Sequence record: NZ_CP044080.1
Strand: one strand, 5' to 3'
DNA: 64,000 nucleotides
From: a plasmid
This document shows positions 41,484 through 51,770 of the stretch, piece by piece. The stretch's first letter is position 1. Each line of letters begins with the position of its first letter. Below the pieces are notes generated by a model. The model was given only the letters and a program-made list of their open reading frames with translations. It was not told the origin of the DNA and ran no database searches. The translations under genes were made by a program, and so were the position numbers.

Positions 41484-43324
41484 GATGCCGCCGCGACCCT
41501 GCCGCGCCCCCGGCCCCCGACCCGTTCCTGCGCGCGGTCGAAGGCGGCGGCGGCATCGGCTAGGGCAGAGGCCACATCGTCGACGATGCCCTGTGGCACG
41601 CGGTCGTGTTCCACCAGATCCTCGAGCCGGCGATGCCGCAGGTCCAGGCCCACCGGCACCGGCAGGTGTTCGGGGACCAGCGCCCCGGCGGCATAGTCGC
41701 GATACTTGATGCGGTCGCCGTGGACCGCGTCCTCGTGCCCTTCAAAGGTGATCAGCCCGACCGGAATCCCATAAGCCTGGCAGGTGATGTGGACATGCAT
41801 GGCGCTGGTCAGAACCGCGTCATAGCCGGCCAGGCGCTGGATCAGGTCCAGGATCTCGGCCCGGCCGGCGCGCAGGATCGACAGCTCGTCCACCGGCTCG
41901 GGCAGGCGCAGCGGGATCGAGCGGTGGGCGAAATGGCGCACCAGCGCCAGCCGCCCGTTGGTCGAGGCCGGGCGCGGAACCGGAAACAGCCGCGGCAGCA
42001 CCACCGCCGGGTCGCCGAAGCGTTCGATCCGGGGCCCGCCGGCCAGTGCCACCGCCTGCGCGGTATGCGGCCCCCGGACCGAAATGTATTGCGCATCGGG
42101 CGGAAGCGCCGTGTCGGCGCGGCTGATGCCGGTGCCCACGACGATGGTCGATCCCTGTGCGAACCGCCCGACCGAGCCGACGGCCATCAGATGGGGCGCT
42201 GCGCCGGGTTCGTCGTGGCGCTGGTGGACGACGGGCCGGCCGGTCGCCGTGGCCAGGATCAGGGGCGACAGCCAGTCGCCATAATTGCCGGGATAGGGCT
42301 TGTCCCACCAGTGCAGCCGCAGCGGCGCGCCCGGGCCGGCGCCATAGTCCAGGAAGGCCTGCGCCGCCCCGATCACCGCCTGGTCCGCGGGCCCGAGCAG
42401 GCGGCGTGCGCTGGCGGCCGCGATGCGCGTCCGGACCTGGGCGGCGTCCCCTTCGCGCGCGTCATGGATGATGCGGTAGATGCTGCCTGGGGACAGGCCC
42501 TGCGGCCGGGGCTGGCTGGGCGAGAGGTATTCGGTAAAGCCGATCCGGTCCGACAGCCGGCGCAGCGGCACCGAAAGCCCGTCGGGCAGGGCGCCCTGCA
42601 CCTGCCTGGCCGTTTCCAGGGCCAGCGCGCGCATTCCGCGCGACCGCGCCTGCCGGGCGGGCGTCGCGCGTGCGCCCGGCTGCCGGCTGTGCTGCGCGGC
42701 CTTGCCCTTGAAAGCCGCCACATTGCCGCTGGCGCCGAAGCAGAAGAACGGCCGCTGCCCCGCCTCGGCCGCGCGTCCGACCACCATGGTTGCGGGGATC
42801 ATCTGAAAGCTCAGCCGGTCGGCGTTCTTGCGCCAGGCTTCCTCGAAGAAATAATCGTCGGTCGCGCGCAGGGAAATGCTTTCGCAGGCCAAGTTGGCGT
42901 CGTGGATATAGGCGCGCGCGGCGGGCGTCGCGTTGATCCCCCAGAAGCACGGTTCCCAGAACCGGGCGCTGTTGGCATAGCCGATCCGCATGGGATGGCC
43001 GAAGCCGCGCTGAAAGCCGATGATGTCGGCCGAAAAGCCCGCGACGAAGCCGGGCAGATAGTCGATATCGCAGTCCACGTCGATCCAGAACACGCGGCTG
43101 CCGGGATTGTCCTGGCAGACCCCGTGCAGGAAGGGGATCTTGCGGCGGCAGATCTCCAGCCACTCCTCGCCCTCGGCCTTTTCGACGCGGGCGATGTGGT
43201 GGCGGATGCCCAGCCGGTCCAGCGATTGGCGCAGCCGGTCGGCCGCCCCCGCATAATAGTCGTCCGGCGTGTGGAACGAGCAGAACAGGACATCCGTCCC
43301 GGTGGTTTCCTGATGATCGCGCAA
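41480..43324 (-). CDS. Two-domain capsule biosynthesis protein: N-terminal nucleotide-sugar transferase-like domain and C-terminal polysaccharide pyruvyl transferase domain
   Basis: DVDCD DxD motif; C-terminal WWDKPYPGNYGDWLSPLI pyruvyl-transferase-type motif. Confidence 0.55.
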   Translation of the reverse strand: MRDHQETTGTDVLFCSFHTPDDYYAGAADRLRQSLDRLGIRHHIARVEKAEGEEWLEICRRKIPFLHGVCQDNPGSRVFWIDVDCDIDYLPGFVAGFSADIIGFQRGFGHPMRIGYANSARFWEPCFWGINATPAARAYIHDANLACESISLRATDDYFFEEAWRKNADRLSFQMIPATMVVGRAAEAGQRPFFCFGASGNVAAFKGKAAQHSRQPGARATPARQARSRGMRALALETARQVQGALPDGLSVPLRRLSDRIGFTEYLSPSQPRPQGLSPGSIYRIIHDAREGDAAQVRTRIAAASARRLLGPADQAVIGAAQAFLDYGAGPGAPLRLHWWDKPYPGNYGDWLSPLILATATGRPVVHQRHDEPGAAPHLMAVGSVGRFAQGSTIVVGTGISRADTALPPDAQYISVRGPHTAQAVALAGGPRIERFGDPAVVLPRLFPVPRPASTNGRLALVRHFAHRSIPLRLPEPVDELSILRAGRAEILDLIQRLAGYDAVLTSAMHVHITCQAYGIPVGLITFEGHEDAVHGDRIKYRDYAAGALVPEHLPVPVGLDLRHRRLEDLVEHDRVPQGIVDDVASALADAAAAFDRAQERVGGRGRGRVAAAS

Positions 43325-43456
43325 CTGGCGTGCTCCTGCCCGGATGGTCTTCAGGGCAGACTATCCCCCCAAGCCGGGGCGGCGGGCCATTCCAAACTGG
43401 CGCCTCGCGGGGGAAGGGCCGCGCTGCGCCACCCCCGCGAAAGGGAAGCAGATTCC

Positions 43457-43900
43457 CTATTCGCGGGGAATGATGCTGATGGCGCCGCTGACCTCAAGCA
43501 CCGCAGCCTCGATCTGGTCCAGCCGGGCCAGTCCATGCGTGATGCGCCCCGCCTCGAGGATGTCGCCCAGGCTGACGCGCGCCCGGCGCAGCGCCTCGTG
43601 GTCGATCCGCCCCTGGGAGATCAGCACGGTCGGATTGCCGTCCAGCCACAGCCCCAGCCGGCGCGACCGCATCTTGGCCAGCGACAGCGCCACGTCGGTG
43701 GCAAACAGCGTCACGATCAGCAAGAAGGCGTTTATCAGCGAAAAGTCGTCGCCCAGCAGCGCCTGCTGCGTGGTCTCGGCGATGATGAGCAGCAGGACGA
43801 AGTCAAAGGGGGTCATCTGCGCCATGGTGCGCCGGCCCGTCAGGCGGGTCAGGACCATCAGGATCAGATAGATGGCGACGCCTCGGATGACAGAGTCCAT
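43457..43900 (-). CDS. DUF421/YetF-like membrane protein
   Basis: Family-like sequence. Confidence 0.55.
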   Translation of the reverse strand: MDSVIRGVAIYLILMVLTRLTGRRTMAQMTPFDFVLLLIIAETTQQALLGDDFSLINAFLLIVTLFATDVALSLAKMRSRRLGLWLDGNPTVLISQGRIDHEALRRARVSLGDILEAGRITHGLARLDQIEAAVLEVSGAISIIPRE

Positions 43901-43908
43901 GATCGGTC

Positions 43909-44418
43909 CTATGGCAGGATGACGGTGGTGACGCGGCGCTGCTCGTCCCCGACGCGCAGGTCGAAGCGGGTCACGCCATAGTGCATGGGGCTGACGTCGA
44001 TGACGACGGTATGGGGCGGTGGACCGCCGGTGTCGAAGTCCAGCAGCAGCCCGCCCGAGGCCATGCGGCTCGACGCGGGCTCGGGCTGGATGCCGTCGAC
44101 GGCAAAGCGGTCCAGGAATTCATGCCCCAGCCAGAGGCTGTGGCGGTCCGCCGCGTTGTCAAAGCGCAGCATGAATCGGTCGCTGCCCTCCCACCGACTG
44201 ATGCGGGGGACCTGCGCCTCGGCCCCGGCAAAGGCGATCCGCTGGCTTTGCCACAGCCCGCCGCTGCCCGTCAGGCCCAGCAGGGCGGCCACGCAGATCA
44301 GCAGGTAGCATACCCAGGCGATCCGCTGGGCACGCCAGAGCCGGCGCTGAAAGGCGCGGTCCTCGTGCAACTGCAGCCCGTCTTTTCTGACCGGAGGACA
44401 AGGCGTTGTCTCATGCAT
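43909..44418 (-). CDS. Hypothetical membrane-anchored protein
   Basis: ORF with one predicted TM helix; start at the internal ATG. Confidence 0.35.
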   Translation of the reverse strand: MHETTPCPPVRKDGLQLHEDRAFQRRLWRAQRIAWVCYLLICVAALLGLTGSGGLWQSQRIAFAGAEAQVPRISRWEGSDRFMLRFDNAADRHSLWLGHEFLDRFAVDGIQPEPASSRMASGGLLLDFDTGGPPPHTVVIDVSPMHYGVTRFDLRVGDEQRRVTTVILP

Positions 44419-44817
44419 GGCAGGTTCCTCCCTCTGGGGCCAAACCCGCGGAGAAAGGCCGGGTTCCCGGGCAAGGCGTGCTGCGGTCACGCGGAAGTGA
44501 TGTCTGCCGCGGTCGACTGCCGTGGGGCAGGGGGCAATCCCTTGATTCCGTTGGACCGGCGTGGTCCGGCCTTCTGCGGGCCTGCGCCGCGCCGGGACCA
44601 AGCGAAAGGAAATCAAAGGATTGGACGTTCATCCCGTGGCTTTTCCAGCCACGCCTGATCGGCGGTGGGGCGGGCACGAACCCGCCGACAGCCGCCGGCT
44701 TTTGTCTGGGCCTGGGAATCGTCATGGACGCAGGCGCCTTCACGCATTAGGGAGAATTGGAAAAACCCTGCGCGCCTGACACCCGCCTGCGCGCACAAGA
44801 ACCGGACAGAGTCGAGC

Positions 44818-45597
44818 GTGCAAGCACAAGGACCAAGGGAAAACGCGGCCTCGCGTGTCGCGACCGTCAGGCCACTTCAGATCAGGGGTCGCTTTTTCAC
44901 GGCGATCGCGCTGCAACCCGCGGGGCCGGTCGACGACCGCTTTCTTGAGGCGCTGGACGCCAAGCTGCGCGAGACGCCGGCCTTTTTCGAGAACGCCCCG
45001 CTGGTCATCGACCTGGAACAGTCCCACGGCCTGGACGACCCACGCGAGCTGATGCTGCTGGCGCAGGAATTGCGGGCGCGCAAGCTGTCGGTCTTTGGCA
45101 TCCAGCATGGCACGCCCCAGCAGGTGGCGGCCGCGGCCTCGGCCGGGCTGATCGCCCTGCCGGGCGGGCGCAGCGTTCCCGTCGAACAGGTGGCGGCGCG
45201 TGCCGAAAGCCGTGGCCGGAAAGCCGGGCAGGGGGGACGCGATGCTCCGGGCGAGGCCCCGGCCCCCGCGCCGGCCAAGATGATCACCCAGCCCGTGCGC
45301 TCGGGCCAGACGGTGCTGGCCGAGCAGGGCGATCTGGTCATCGTGGGCCCGGTCAGTTCCGGGGCCGAGGTCATCGCTGCGGGCAACATCCACATCTATG
45401 GCCGGCTGCGCGGCCGGGCGCTGGCGGGCGTCATGGGCGACACCACCGCCCGCATCTTCTGCCACGCGCTCGACGCCGAGCTGCTGGCCATCGCCGGGCT
45501 TTACCTGACCAGCGAGAATCTGGCGGCGGACGTGCCGCGTCACTATGTGCAGGCGTTCCTGGACGGCGAAAGCCTGCGTGTCGAAGCCCTCAAGTAA
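44818..45597 (+). CDS. minC: Septum site-determining protein MinC (GTG start assumed)
   Basis: C-terminal beta-helix MinC domain; start uncertain. Confidence 0.75.
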   Translation: MQAQGPRENAASRVATVRPLQIRGRFFTAIALQPAGPVDDRFLEALDAKLRETPAFFENAPLVIDLEQSHGLDDPRELMLLAQELRARKLSVFGIQHGTPQQVAAAASAGLIALPGGRSVPVEQVAARAESRGRKAGQGGRDAPGEAPAPAPAKMITQPVRSGQTVLAEQGDLVIVGPVSSGAEVIAAGNIHIYGRLRGRALAGVMGDTTARIFCHALDAELLAIAGLYLTSENLAADVPRHYVQAFLDGESLRVEALK

Positions 45598-45618
45598 CAC
45601 AGGATAAGGAATCGTTTC

Positions 45619-46437
45619 GTGAGCAAGGTCATCGTAGTCACATCGGGCAAGGGCGGCGTCGGCAAGACGACCTCCTCCGCTGCCATCAGCGCAGGGCTCG
45701 CGATGCGCGGGCACAAGACGGTCGTGATCGATTTCGACGTGGGCCTGCGCAACCTGGACATGATCATGGGCTGCGAACGCCGCGTGGTGTTCGATTTCAT
45801 CAATGTGATCCAGGGCGACGCCAAGCTGAAACAGGCCCTGATCAAGGACCGCCGGCTGGAAAACCTGTATGTCCTGCCGACCTCGCAGACCCGCGACAAG
45901 GACGCCCTGACCCAGGAAGGCGTCAAGGCCGTGCTGGACGAGCTGCGCGAGGACTTCGACTATATCGTCTGCGACAGCCCCGCCGGGATCGAGCGCGGCG
46001 CCCATCTGGCGATGTATTACGCCGACGAGGCTGTGGTCGTGACCAATCCCGAGGTCTCCTCGGTGCGCGACAGCGACCGGGTACTGGGGCTGCTGAACTC
46101 CAAGACCTTCGTGGCCGAAAAGGGCGATGGCAGCGCGGTCAAGGCGCAGCTTCTGCTGACCCGCTTCGACCCCGCCCGCTCGGCCAAGGGCGAGATGATG
46201 AGCGTCGAGGACGTCCTGGAGATCCTGGCCATCCCGCTTTTGGGCATCATCCCGGAAAGCACCACCGTGCTGAAGGCCTCGAACGAGGGCACGCCGGTCA
46301 TCATGGATGAGACCTCGGCCGCGGCCAAGGCCTATGCCGATGCCGTGGGCCGGCTGGTCGGCGAACAGATCGCGCTGCGCACCAGCCCGGAACAGCGGCG
46401 CGGCTTCTTCCAGCGGCTGCTGGGGCGGACGGCCTGA
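45619..46437 (+). CDS. minD: Septum site-determining ATPase MinD
   Basis: KGGVGKTT. Confidence 0.9.
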   Translation: MSKVIVVTSGKGGVGKTTSSAAISAGLAMRGHKTVVIDFDVGLRNLDMIMGCERRVVFDFINVIQGDAKLKQALIKDRRLENLYVLPTSQTRDKDALTQEGVKAVLDELREDFDYIVCDSPAGIERGAHLAMYYADEAVVVTNPEVSSVRDSDRVLGLLNSKTFVAEKGDGSAVKAQLLLTRFDPARSAKGEMMSVEDVLEILAIPLLGIIPESTTVLKASNEGTPVIMDETSAAAKAYADAVGRLVGEQIALRTSPEQRRGFFQRLLGRTA

Positions 46438-46438
46438 C

Positions 46439-46708
46439 ATGTTCGGTTCGCTTTTCCGCCAACGCAAGCCCGGCTCGGCCCAGACCGCCAAGGAGCGCCT
46501 GCAGATCCTGCTGGCCCATGAGCGCGCCATCGGCGGCTCGAGCCCCGATTTCCTGCCGCTGCTGCAACGCGACATCCTCGAGGTCGTGCGCCGCCACCTC
46601 GAGATCGACAGCGACGCCGTCGACGTCAAGCTCGAGCGCAGCGACGATCTGTCGAGCCTGGAGATCAACATCGAACTGCCCGGATCGAAGTCCCGGTCAG
46701 CCGTCTGA
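46439..46708 (+). CDS. minE: Cell division topological specificity factor MinE
   Basis: MFGSLFRQRK... Confidence 0.85.
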   Translation: MFGSLFRQRKPGSAQTAKERLQILLAHERAIGGSSPDFLPLLQRDILEVVRRHLEIDSDAVDVKLERSDDLSSLEINIELPGSKSRSAV

Positions 46709-46858
46709 CTGCCATCCCCGTGGTGTTTGAGGCGCCGCATCCCAGGCCGGGGCGCGGCGCCTTTGTCGTGCCGCGTGCCGCACGGTTGGCGGCCCTGCAA
46801 ATTCTGCCGCCAAGCCCCTTGCATTCCCCGCGTCGCCGGGTTACCTGCCCCCCACGGT

Positions 46859-46935
46859 CGGAGCGTAGCGCAGCCTGGTAGCGCACCTGCTTCGGGAGCA
46901 GGGGGTCGGAGGTTCGAATCCTCTCGCTCCGACCA
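46859..46935 (+). tRNA. tRNA-Pro, anticodon CGG
   Basis: Manual cloverleaf: acceptor stem CGGAGCG/CGCTCCG, anticodon loop TTCGGGA, T loop TTCGAAT, encoded CCA. Confidence 0.85.
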
Positions 46936-47182
46936 GTTTTGCGGTGTTCTGTGGCACATAGTTCTGCCTTTTCTGTCGGGCAGTCTGCCTCTCGGGCTTC
47001 TCAGCGTAACGAAAGCGGACGGTCAACGGTCGGCGCAACGGCGACGCGAAGAGCCCTTAGCGGACGGTCGCAAAGCGACAAACAATCGCCCCATAACGGT
47101 CTCTACTCGATGCCGTCGAGTTTCCGCGTCAGGGCCTCCTGTGAACCGCCCCGGGTTTACCGGAGAGTTTCTGGTTCAATGA

Positions 47183-48124
47183 TTAGGCTGCTTTTGCGGC
47201 GGCGTTCAAGCTTGTGTAGAATTCCTCCTCTGCTTCGTTCGGTGTGACGTAACCGATGGCGCTGTGCAGGCGCGTCTTGTTATACCAGTCGACCCACTTC
47301 AGGGTTTCCCACTCGACTTGACCCACGGATTTCCAAGGGCCGAGGAACTTGATGACCTCGGTCTTGAACAGGCCGATGATGCTTTCAGCCAGAGCGTTGT
47401 CATAGGAATCACCGACGCTGCCGACCGAGGTGTCGATGCCCGCCTCGGCCAGCCGCTCGGTATATCGGATCGAGAGATATTGGCTGCCCCGGTCGCTGTG
47501 ATGGATCAGCTTGTCAGCCTCGGACGGCGCGCGCTGGCAGATGGCCTGATTCAGAGCGTCGAGGACGAAACCGGTGGTCATCGAAGTCGAGACGCGCCAG
47601 CCGACGATCTTGCGGGCGAAGACGTCGATCACGAAGGCCACATAAACCATGCCCTGCCAACTTGAGACGTAGGTGAAATCGCTGACCCACAGCTGGTTCG
47701 GCATGTCTGCCACGAAGACCCGGTTCACCTTGTCGTCCGGACAGGGTTGGGCCGCATCGGGGTTGGTCGTGACGACCTTCTTGCCGCGCACAACGCCTTG
47801 CAACCCCATGACCTTCATCAGCCGCTCCACTGTGCAACGGGCGATGTCGCACCCTTCGCGGCGCAACTGGTGCCAAACCTTACGCGCGCCATATCGGCCT
47901 CTGCTGCCGTCGAATATCTGCTTGATGGCAGTCATGTCCTTCTGGTCCTGCCTGGCCCGATCCGATGCCAGGGTGGGATCACGCTCCACAGCCTTGAAAC
48001 TGTAGAACGTCGATGGTGCGATCCCCAGAACCCGGCAGATCGGCCCGACACCAAAGACGCCACGGTGATCGTCGAGAAACGCGATCATTTGCGGAACGGG
48101 CGGTCGAGTATCCGTCTTGGTCAA
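47183..48124 (-). CDS. IS3 transposase OrfB (DDE integrase core); the N-terminal 5 codons read into the IS110 insert
   Basis: rve-type core, identical to 58844-59749. Confidence 0.85.
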   Translation of the reverse strand: MTKTDTRPPVPQMIAFLDDHRGVFGVGPICRVLGIAPSTFYSFKAVERDPTLASDRARQDQKDMTAIKQIFDGSRGRYGARKVWHQLRREGCDIARCTVERLMKVMGLQGVVRGKKVVTTNPDAAQPCPDDKVNRVFVADMPNQLWVSDFTYVSSWQGMVYVAFVIDVFARKIVGWRVSTSMTTGFVLDALNQAICQRAPSEADKLIHHSDRGSQYLSIRYTERLAEAGIDTSVGSVGDSYDNALAESIIGLFKTEVIKFLGPWKSVGQVEWETLKWVDWYNKTRLHSAIGYVTPNEAEEEFYTSLNAAAKAA

Positions 48125-49059
48125 GGGCGGTCAGGCAGCCAATCTCGCCTCTCGCGCAGCAAGGTGTTTGCAAGGATGATGATGCGCCGCATGATGGCGG
48201 TAATGGCGACTTTCTTCGCTTTGCCGGCCTTTAGCAGCTGCTGATACTTGTCGTGGAGGTCCCGGTTGAAACGAATGGCGACAAGTGCGGGCATGTAGAT
48301 CGCGCGCCGAATTGATGACCGACCGCCGGTGATCCGCTCCTTGCCCTGCCACTTTCCAGATTGCTGCGTCATGGGCGCAAGCCCGGCGAGAGCGGTGATC
48401 TTCTTGCCCTCGAGGTGCCCAAGTTCCGGCATGTCGATCAGCATGGTGGTCGCGGTCAGACGACCAATCCCCGGAATGGTCATCAAACGGCGGATGCGCT
48501 CTTCAAGGGTGCCTCGCTGCCTGGCGATCTGCGCGATGACCTCATCAAGCGCTTGGATATCGGCACCAATGTCCTCAATGCGGCGACCAAGCTGTTCTCG
48601 CACGAGCGGGTTCAGTGCAGTAGCAAGCCGCGTCTTCGCGGTCACCTGATCTTTGATCAAAGCGCGGCGGGCAGTCAGCAACTCTCTGAGATCATGAACA
48701 TCTTCGCCTTCAACGACTTGAGGCGTCAGGTCAAGCACAACGCCCATGCGCGCCAGCATTCTGGCGTCGACGCTATCAGTCTTTGCCAATCGTCCGATTG
48801 CTTGCGCAAAGCGCCGCGCCTGCTTTGGATTGACTTTGATGAAAGGCAGCCCCGCCAGACCCAGATGCCGCTCAAGCCCCCGGTGATAGGCGCCGGTCGC
48901 CTCGAAGACGATGAGAACGTCTTCCTCCTTTCCCAGCCAGGCGCACAATTGCCCGAAACCTTCAGGCGTATTGGGCAGGCAGCACGCCTCCGTCCGGGAA
49001 TGCCAGAATGCGTCAAGACGGTCTTTCGACACGTCAATGCCGATGGTATCCTTGGCCAT
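48121..49059 (-). CDS. IS110-family transposase (DEDD RuvC-like)
   Basis: MAKDTIGIDVSKD... Confidence 0.85.
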   Translation of the reverse strand: MAKDTIGIDVSKDRLDAFWHSRTEACCLPNTPEGFGQLCAWLGKEEDVLIVFEATGAYHRGLERHLGLAGLPFIKVNPKQARRFAQAIGRLAKTDSVDARMLARMGVVLDLTPQVVEGEDVHDLRELLTARRALIKDQVTAKTRLATALNPLVREQLGRRIEDIGADIQALDEVIAQIARQRGTLEERIRRLMTIPGIGRLTATTMLIDMPELGHLEGKKITALAGLAPMTQQSGKWQGKERITGGRSSIRRAIYMPALVAIRFNRDLHDKYQQLLKAGKAKKVAITAIMRRIIILANTLLRERRDWLPDRP

Positions 49060-49264
49060 CTTTTCTTCCTACCTATGCTTGTCGTTCGGGCCCGCAGCCC
49101 ACGTATCCGTTCAGGTCGTTAGAAAAGACGGGGGCTCGTCAAACTCGACCGCGGTCCTTCAAGACCAAGCTCCGCACGGCGCCACCCCCGCCGCTGCCCC
49201 GCAGTTTGCGGTGCTGGGCAGCGGCTCCCTTTTGCCTCAGGAGCCTCAAATCTCATAAGACAAG
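49060..49264 (-). ncRNA. IS110 5' non-coding left end; expected location of the bridge (seeker) RNA
   Basis: Assigned by position only, using knowledge of IS110 biology. Confidence 0.3.
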
Positions 49265-49582
49265 CTCCGCCGCAGCGAAATATGCGCTGGCCTTCTTCAG
49301 GATCTCATTGGCGGTGCGAAGCTCCCGCACCTCGCGTTCCAGTTCCTTGATCCGGTCCTTCTCCGCGCTCGTCAGCCCGCCGCGCTCTCCGCGGTCACGC
49401 TCCGCCTGCTGGCACCAGACGCGCAGACTGTCGGGAGAGCAGCCAAGCTTCGGCGCGATCGCCTTGTAGGCCGCACTGTCGCTGGCGTAGTCGCCGCGGT
49501 TCTCGCGGAAAAGCCGAACACCGCGTTCGCGCAGTTCGGCCGGATAGGCGGGGGTGAATCTTTGCTTCGTCATAGGGCTCAT
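49253..49582 (-). CDS. IS3 OrfA (HTH), C-terminus altered by the IS110 insertion
   Basis: Identical to copy 2 OrfA up to the insertion point. Confidence 0.75.
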   Translation of the reverse strand: MSPMTKQRFTPAYPAELRERGVRLFRENRGDYASDSAAYKAIAPKLGCSPDSLRVWCQQAERDRGERGGLTSAEKDRIKELEREVRELRTANEILKKASAYFAAAELVL

Positions 49583-50066
49583 CCTTTGAGTGCTCTACTC
49601 TCCGGTAAACCCGGGGCGGTTCAAACCCGCGGAACGAAAGCACAAGTCCGTTGAAGGGAACGTTCTGCAATGTAGACAATGAAGAGTTTCTGGCCGTAAC
49701 GGGCGTGAATTCCGTTGTGAGCCACTACACGACCGGACAATATGCGCCTCAGGCGAGTTCGGGCATCTCGCCAGACAACGCGTTTAATCTGACCAGAACC
49801 AATGCGGAGCGGGTTGGCGGCGCGATCACGGTGCCGAATGGCTTCGATAGCTGCCTGATCGCGGTCGATACATTCATGTCCAACAAATATGCAAAGGCCC
49901 GGCTGTTTCCGATATCTCTGTATCTTCGCTTCCTGGGGGGAGATTTGAACTACACCGGCACGGCAAATGCCTGGAATTGAGGCGTAAAGACGGAGGTTTC
50001 TCACGGTTGCCGACCGGCTTTCGACCAAGGAGGGTGCGTGAGCTTTTGCGAGGAGACGGCGGCCTG

Positions 50067-50474
50067 TTACCCATGATGATCCGGATCAATATATCGCCGG
50101 AATGCGATGAGGATTGCCGCGTCATTTTTCCCGAATCGGTCAGCGGGAGCGCCGTCGAAATCGACGTGAGCGCGGGTCAGCCAATAGCAGAGCCTCAGGT
50201 TGCTGATGCGAGCCGGTCTGAGCCTCAGGATGTCACGGACGATATCAAAGACACCGCCGTTCGCCGTGTCGAACTGGAACAGTGGCAACCTGATCTCACC
50301 ATTCTGGACCAGGGTGATGACGGTATCGTCTCGGGCCATGGCCTGGATGGCGGCTTCCGGGTCATCCGTTTCGATGCGCAAGAGCGCGCAGGCCTGCGAC
50401 GCATCGATCAGGTCGATGCTGGCGAGAAGGCGTTCCTCGACACCGGGCTTGTCGGTGGAATTTTCCGGCGGCAT
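50067..50474 (-). CDS. Hypothetical protein (135 aa), last gene of the cassette
   Basis: ORF with a GGGGA RBS; its start lies 1 nt after the stop of the upstream gene. Confidence 0.4.
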   Translation of the reverse strand: MPPENSTDKPGVEERLLASIDLIDASQACALLRIETDDPEAAIQAMARDDTVITLVQNGEIRLPLFQFDTANGGVFDIVRDILRLRPARISNLRLCYWLTRAHVDFDGAPADRFGKNDAAILIAFRRYIDPDHHG

Positions 50475-50475
50475 T

Positions 50476-51295
50476 CTATTTCCCCTTCGAAACGGCTCGG
50501 TTCCGCATCTCATCGAACGTAAATCCGGCGGGCAGCGTGACCTCGCTGACGGAGAGGTAGCCGCCAATGCATTCCGGGCAGACATGCCGGCCCTCCGGCA
50601 GCCATTTGCGCACGGCCTCTCCTATGGTGACAATTGTCTCGTTCGTCGCAGCTACGACAATCCGCCCGTTGCGCACCACGGCCTGCCCCGAGACCAAGGC
50701 CGGATCGAGGATCCGGCCGCAGCCCGCGCACAGCACCGTGGGCCAGGCGCGGCCCGGTTCCACCTGATCCCAATGCGCATTCACCGGGAGTCTGGCGGCG
50801 CGGCGCAAGATTTCCGGCAGCATTACCGGCCGGAAATCCCAGACATCCGCACCGACGTTGACGGAGTTACGGCTGCCCTGCCAGTTCTGGTGGAACATGC
50901 CCGAAAAGTTGCAAACCTTGGTGCCGTGCGCCGGGCCAGGTGATCATGGGATAGTGGCAGAGAAACAGCCGCCGCTTGTCGACGACGATGTCGGCAGTTT
51001 CCGCGACGCTGTCCCAGGGCAGGTCGCAGACCCAGTCGTCGTCATGGTTGCCCCGGATCAGGTGCCTGCGGCCCGGCAAGGCATGGAAGATGCCGCGAAC
51101 CTCGCGCCGTTGCGCATCGGTGGCCCTTCCCGCGGTGAAATCTCCCAGGATCCACAGATCGTCATCGGGTCCAACCCGGGCCCGGCACTCGGCCAGCTGG
51201 TGGGCGTTCATCGTGGCCACCTCCGGGAACGGGCGGTCGCAGAAGCGGATGATATTGCCGTGCGAATAGTGCGGATCGGCGGTGAACCAATGCAT
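50476..51295 (-). pseudogene. Calcineurin-like metallophosphoesterase with a C-terminal Cys4 zinc-ribbon; frameshifted by one extra C
   Basis: Track ORFs 50867-51295 and 50476-50898 join into one protein (...LFGH(V)HQNWQGSRN...) if a single C near 50890 is removed. Confidence 0.6.
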
Positions 51296-51296
51296 G

Positions 51297-51770
51297 TCAG
51301 CCCTCCCTTCCGGAGGCGGTCCGGTCCGCCGCGTCGATCTCGCGCACCCACGTGATATATTCGGTCAGGAGCTTCTGAAGCAGTTCCGGATCATCGTTGT
51401 TGGTGAATCCGGGAAGAGTGAACCGGATGGCGGCGGCTTCGGCTTTCTTCCCGTTCAGGGATTCCGCCAGTTCCGCTGCGAGCGCGTCGATGGACCGGCC
51501 GAGCCGATACCAGCGCGATGCGGTCCGGGCCCAGCCGGCTTCGGGATCGATGGCGATGAGCTGCGAGGTGTGGATGCTTGCATTGCCGAGAAGCGGGTGA
51601 TCGGTCACCTCGCCCCAAAGCATCGTATGCCTGTCCGGCGAAATTGCCGCTTTCCAGTTGGACAGGACCGGCGCTTGCGCGAGGTCCGCCTCGGACGGCC
51701 CGGCCTCGGCGGCGGCGATGGCGCGCAGCACCTTGTCGAACCAAGCGCGGTCGCTGGGCGAGAGTTTCAT
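51297..51770 (-). CDS. Hypothetical protein (157 aa)
   Basis: ORF; 1-nt gap to the downstream gene. Confidence 0.4.
   Translation of the reverse strand: MKLSPSDRAWFDKVLRAIAAAEAGPSEADLAQAPVLSNWKAAISPDRHTMLWGEVTDHPLLGNASIHTSQLIAIDPEAGWARTASRWYRLGRSIDALAAELAESLNGKKAEAAAIRFTLPGFTNNDDPELLQKLLTEYITWVREIDAADRTASGREG

Larger units (their letters stand above)
48109..49264 (-). mobile_element. IS110-family insertion sequence (1156 bp) nested in IS3 copy 1
   Basis: Exact insert relative to IS3 copy 2 (CGGTCGAG^CTCCGCC); no target-site duplication. Confidence 0.75.
47142..49623 (-). mobile_element. IS3-family IS, copy 1 (1326 bp of native sequence), interrupted by a nested IS110-family element
   Basis: Terminal inverted repeat TGAACCGCCCCGGGTTTACCGGAGAG at both ends; identical to copy 2 at 58803-60128. 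Confidence 0.8.

Noticed and set aside
49650-49980. 109-aa ORF abutting the IS3 right end (TTG start), and the opposing 135-aa ORF
   Set aside because: No recognisable similarity. Possibly a gene fragment truncated by the IS3 insertion. Too weak to call as a feature.
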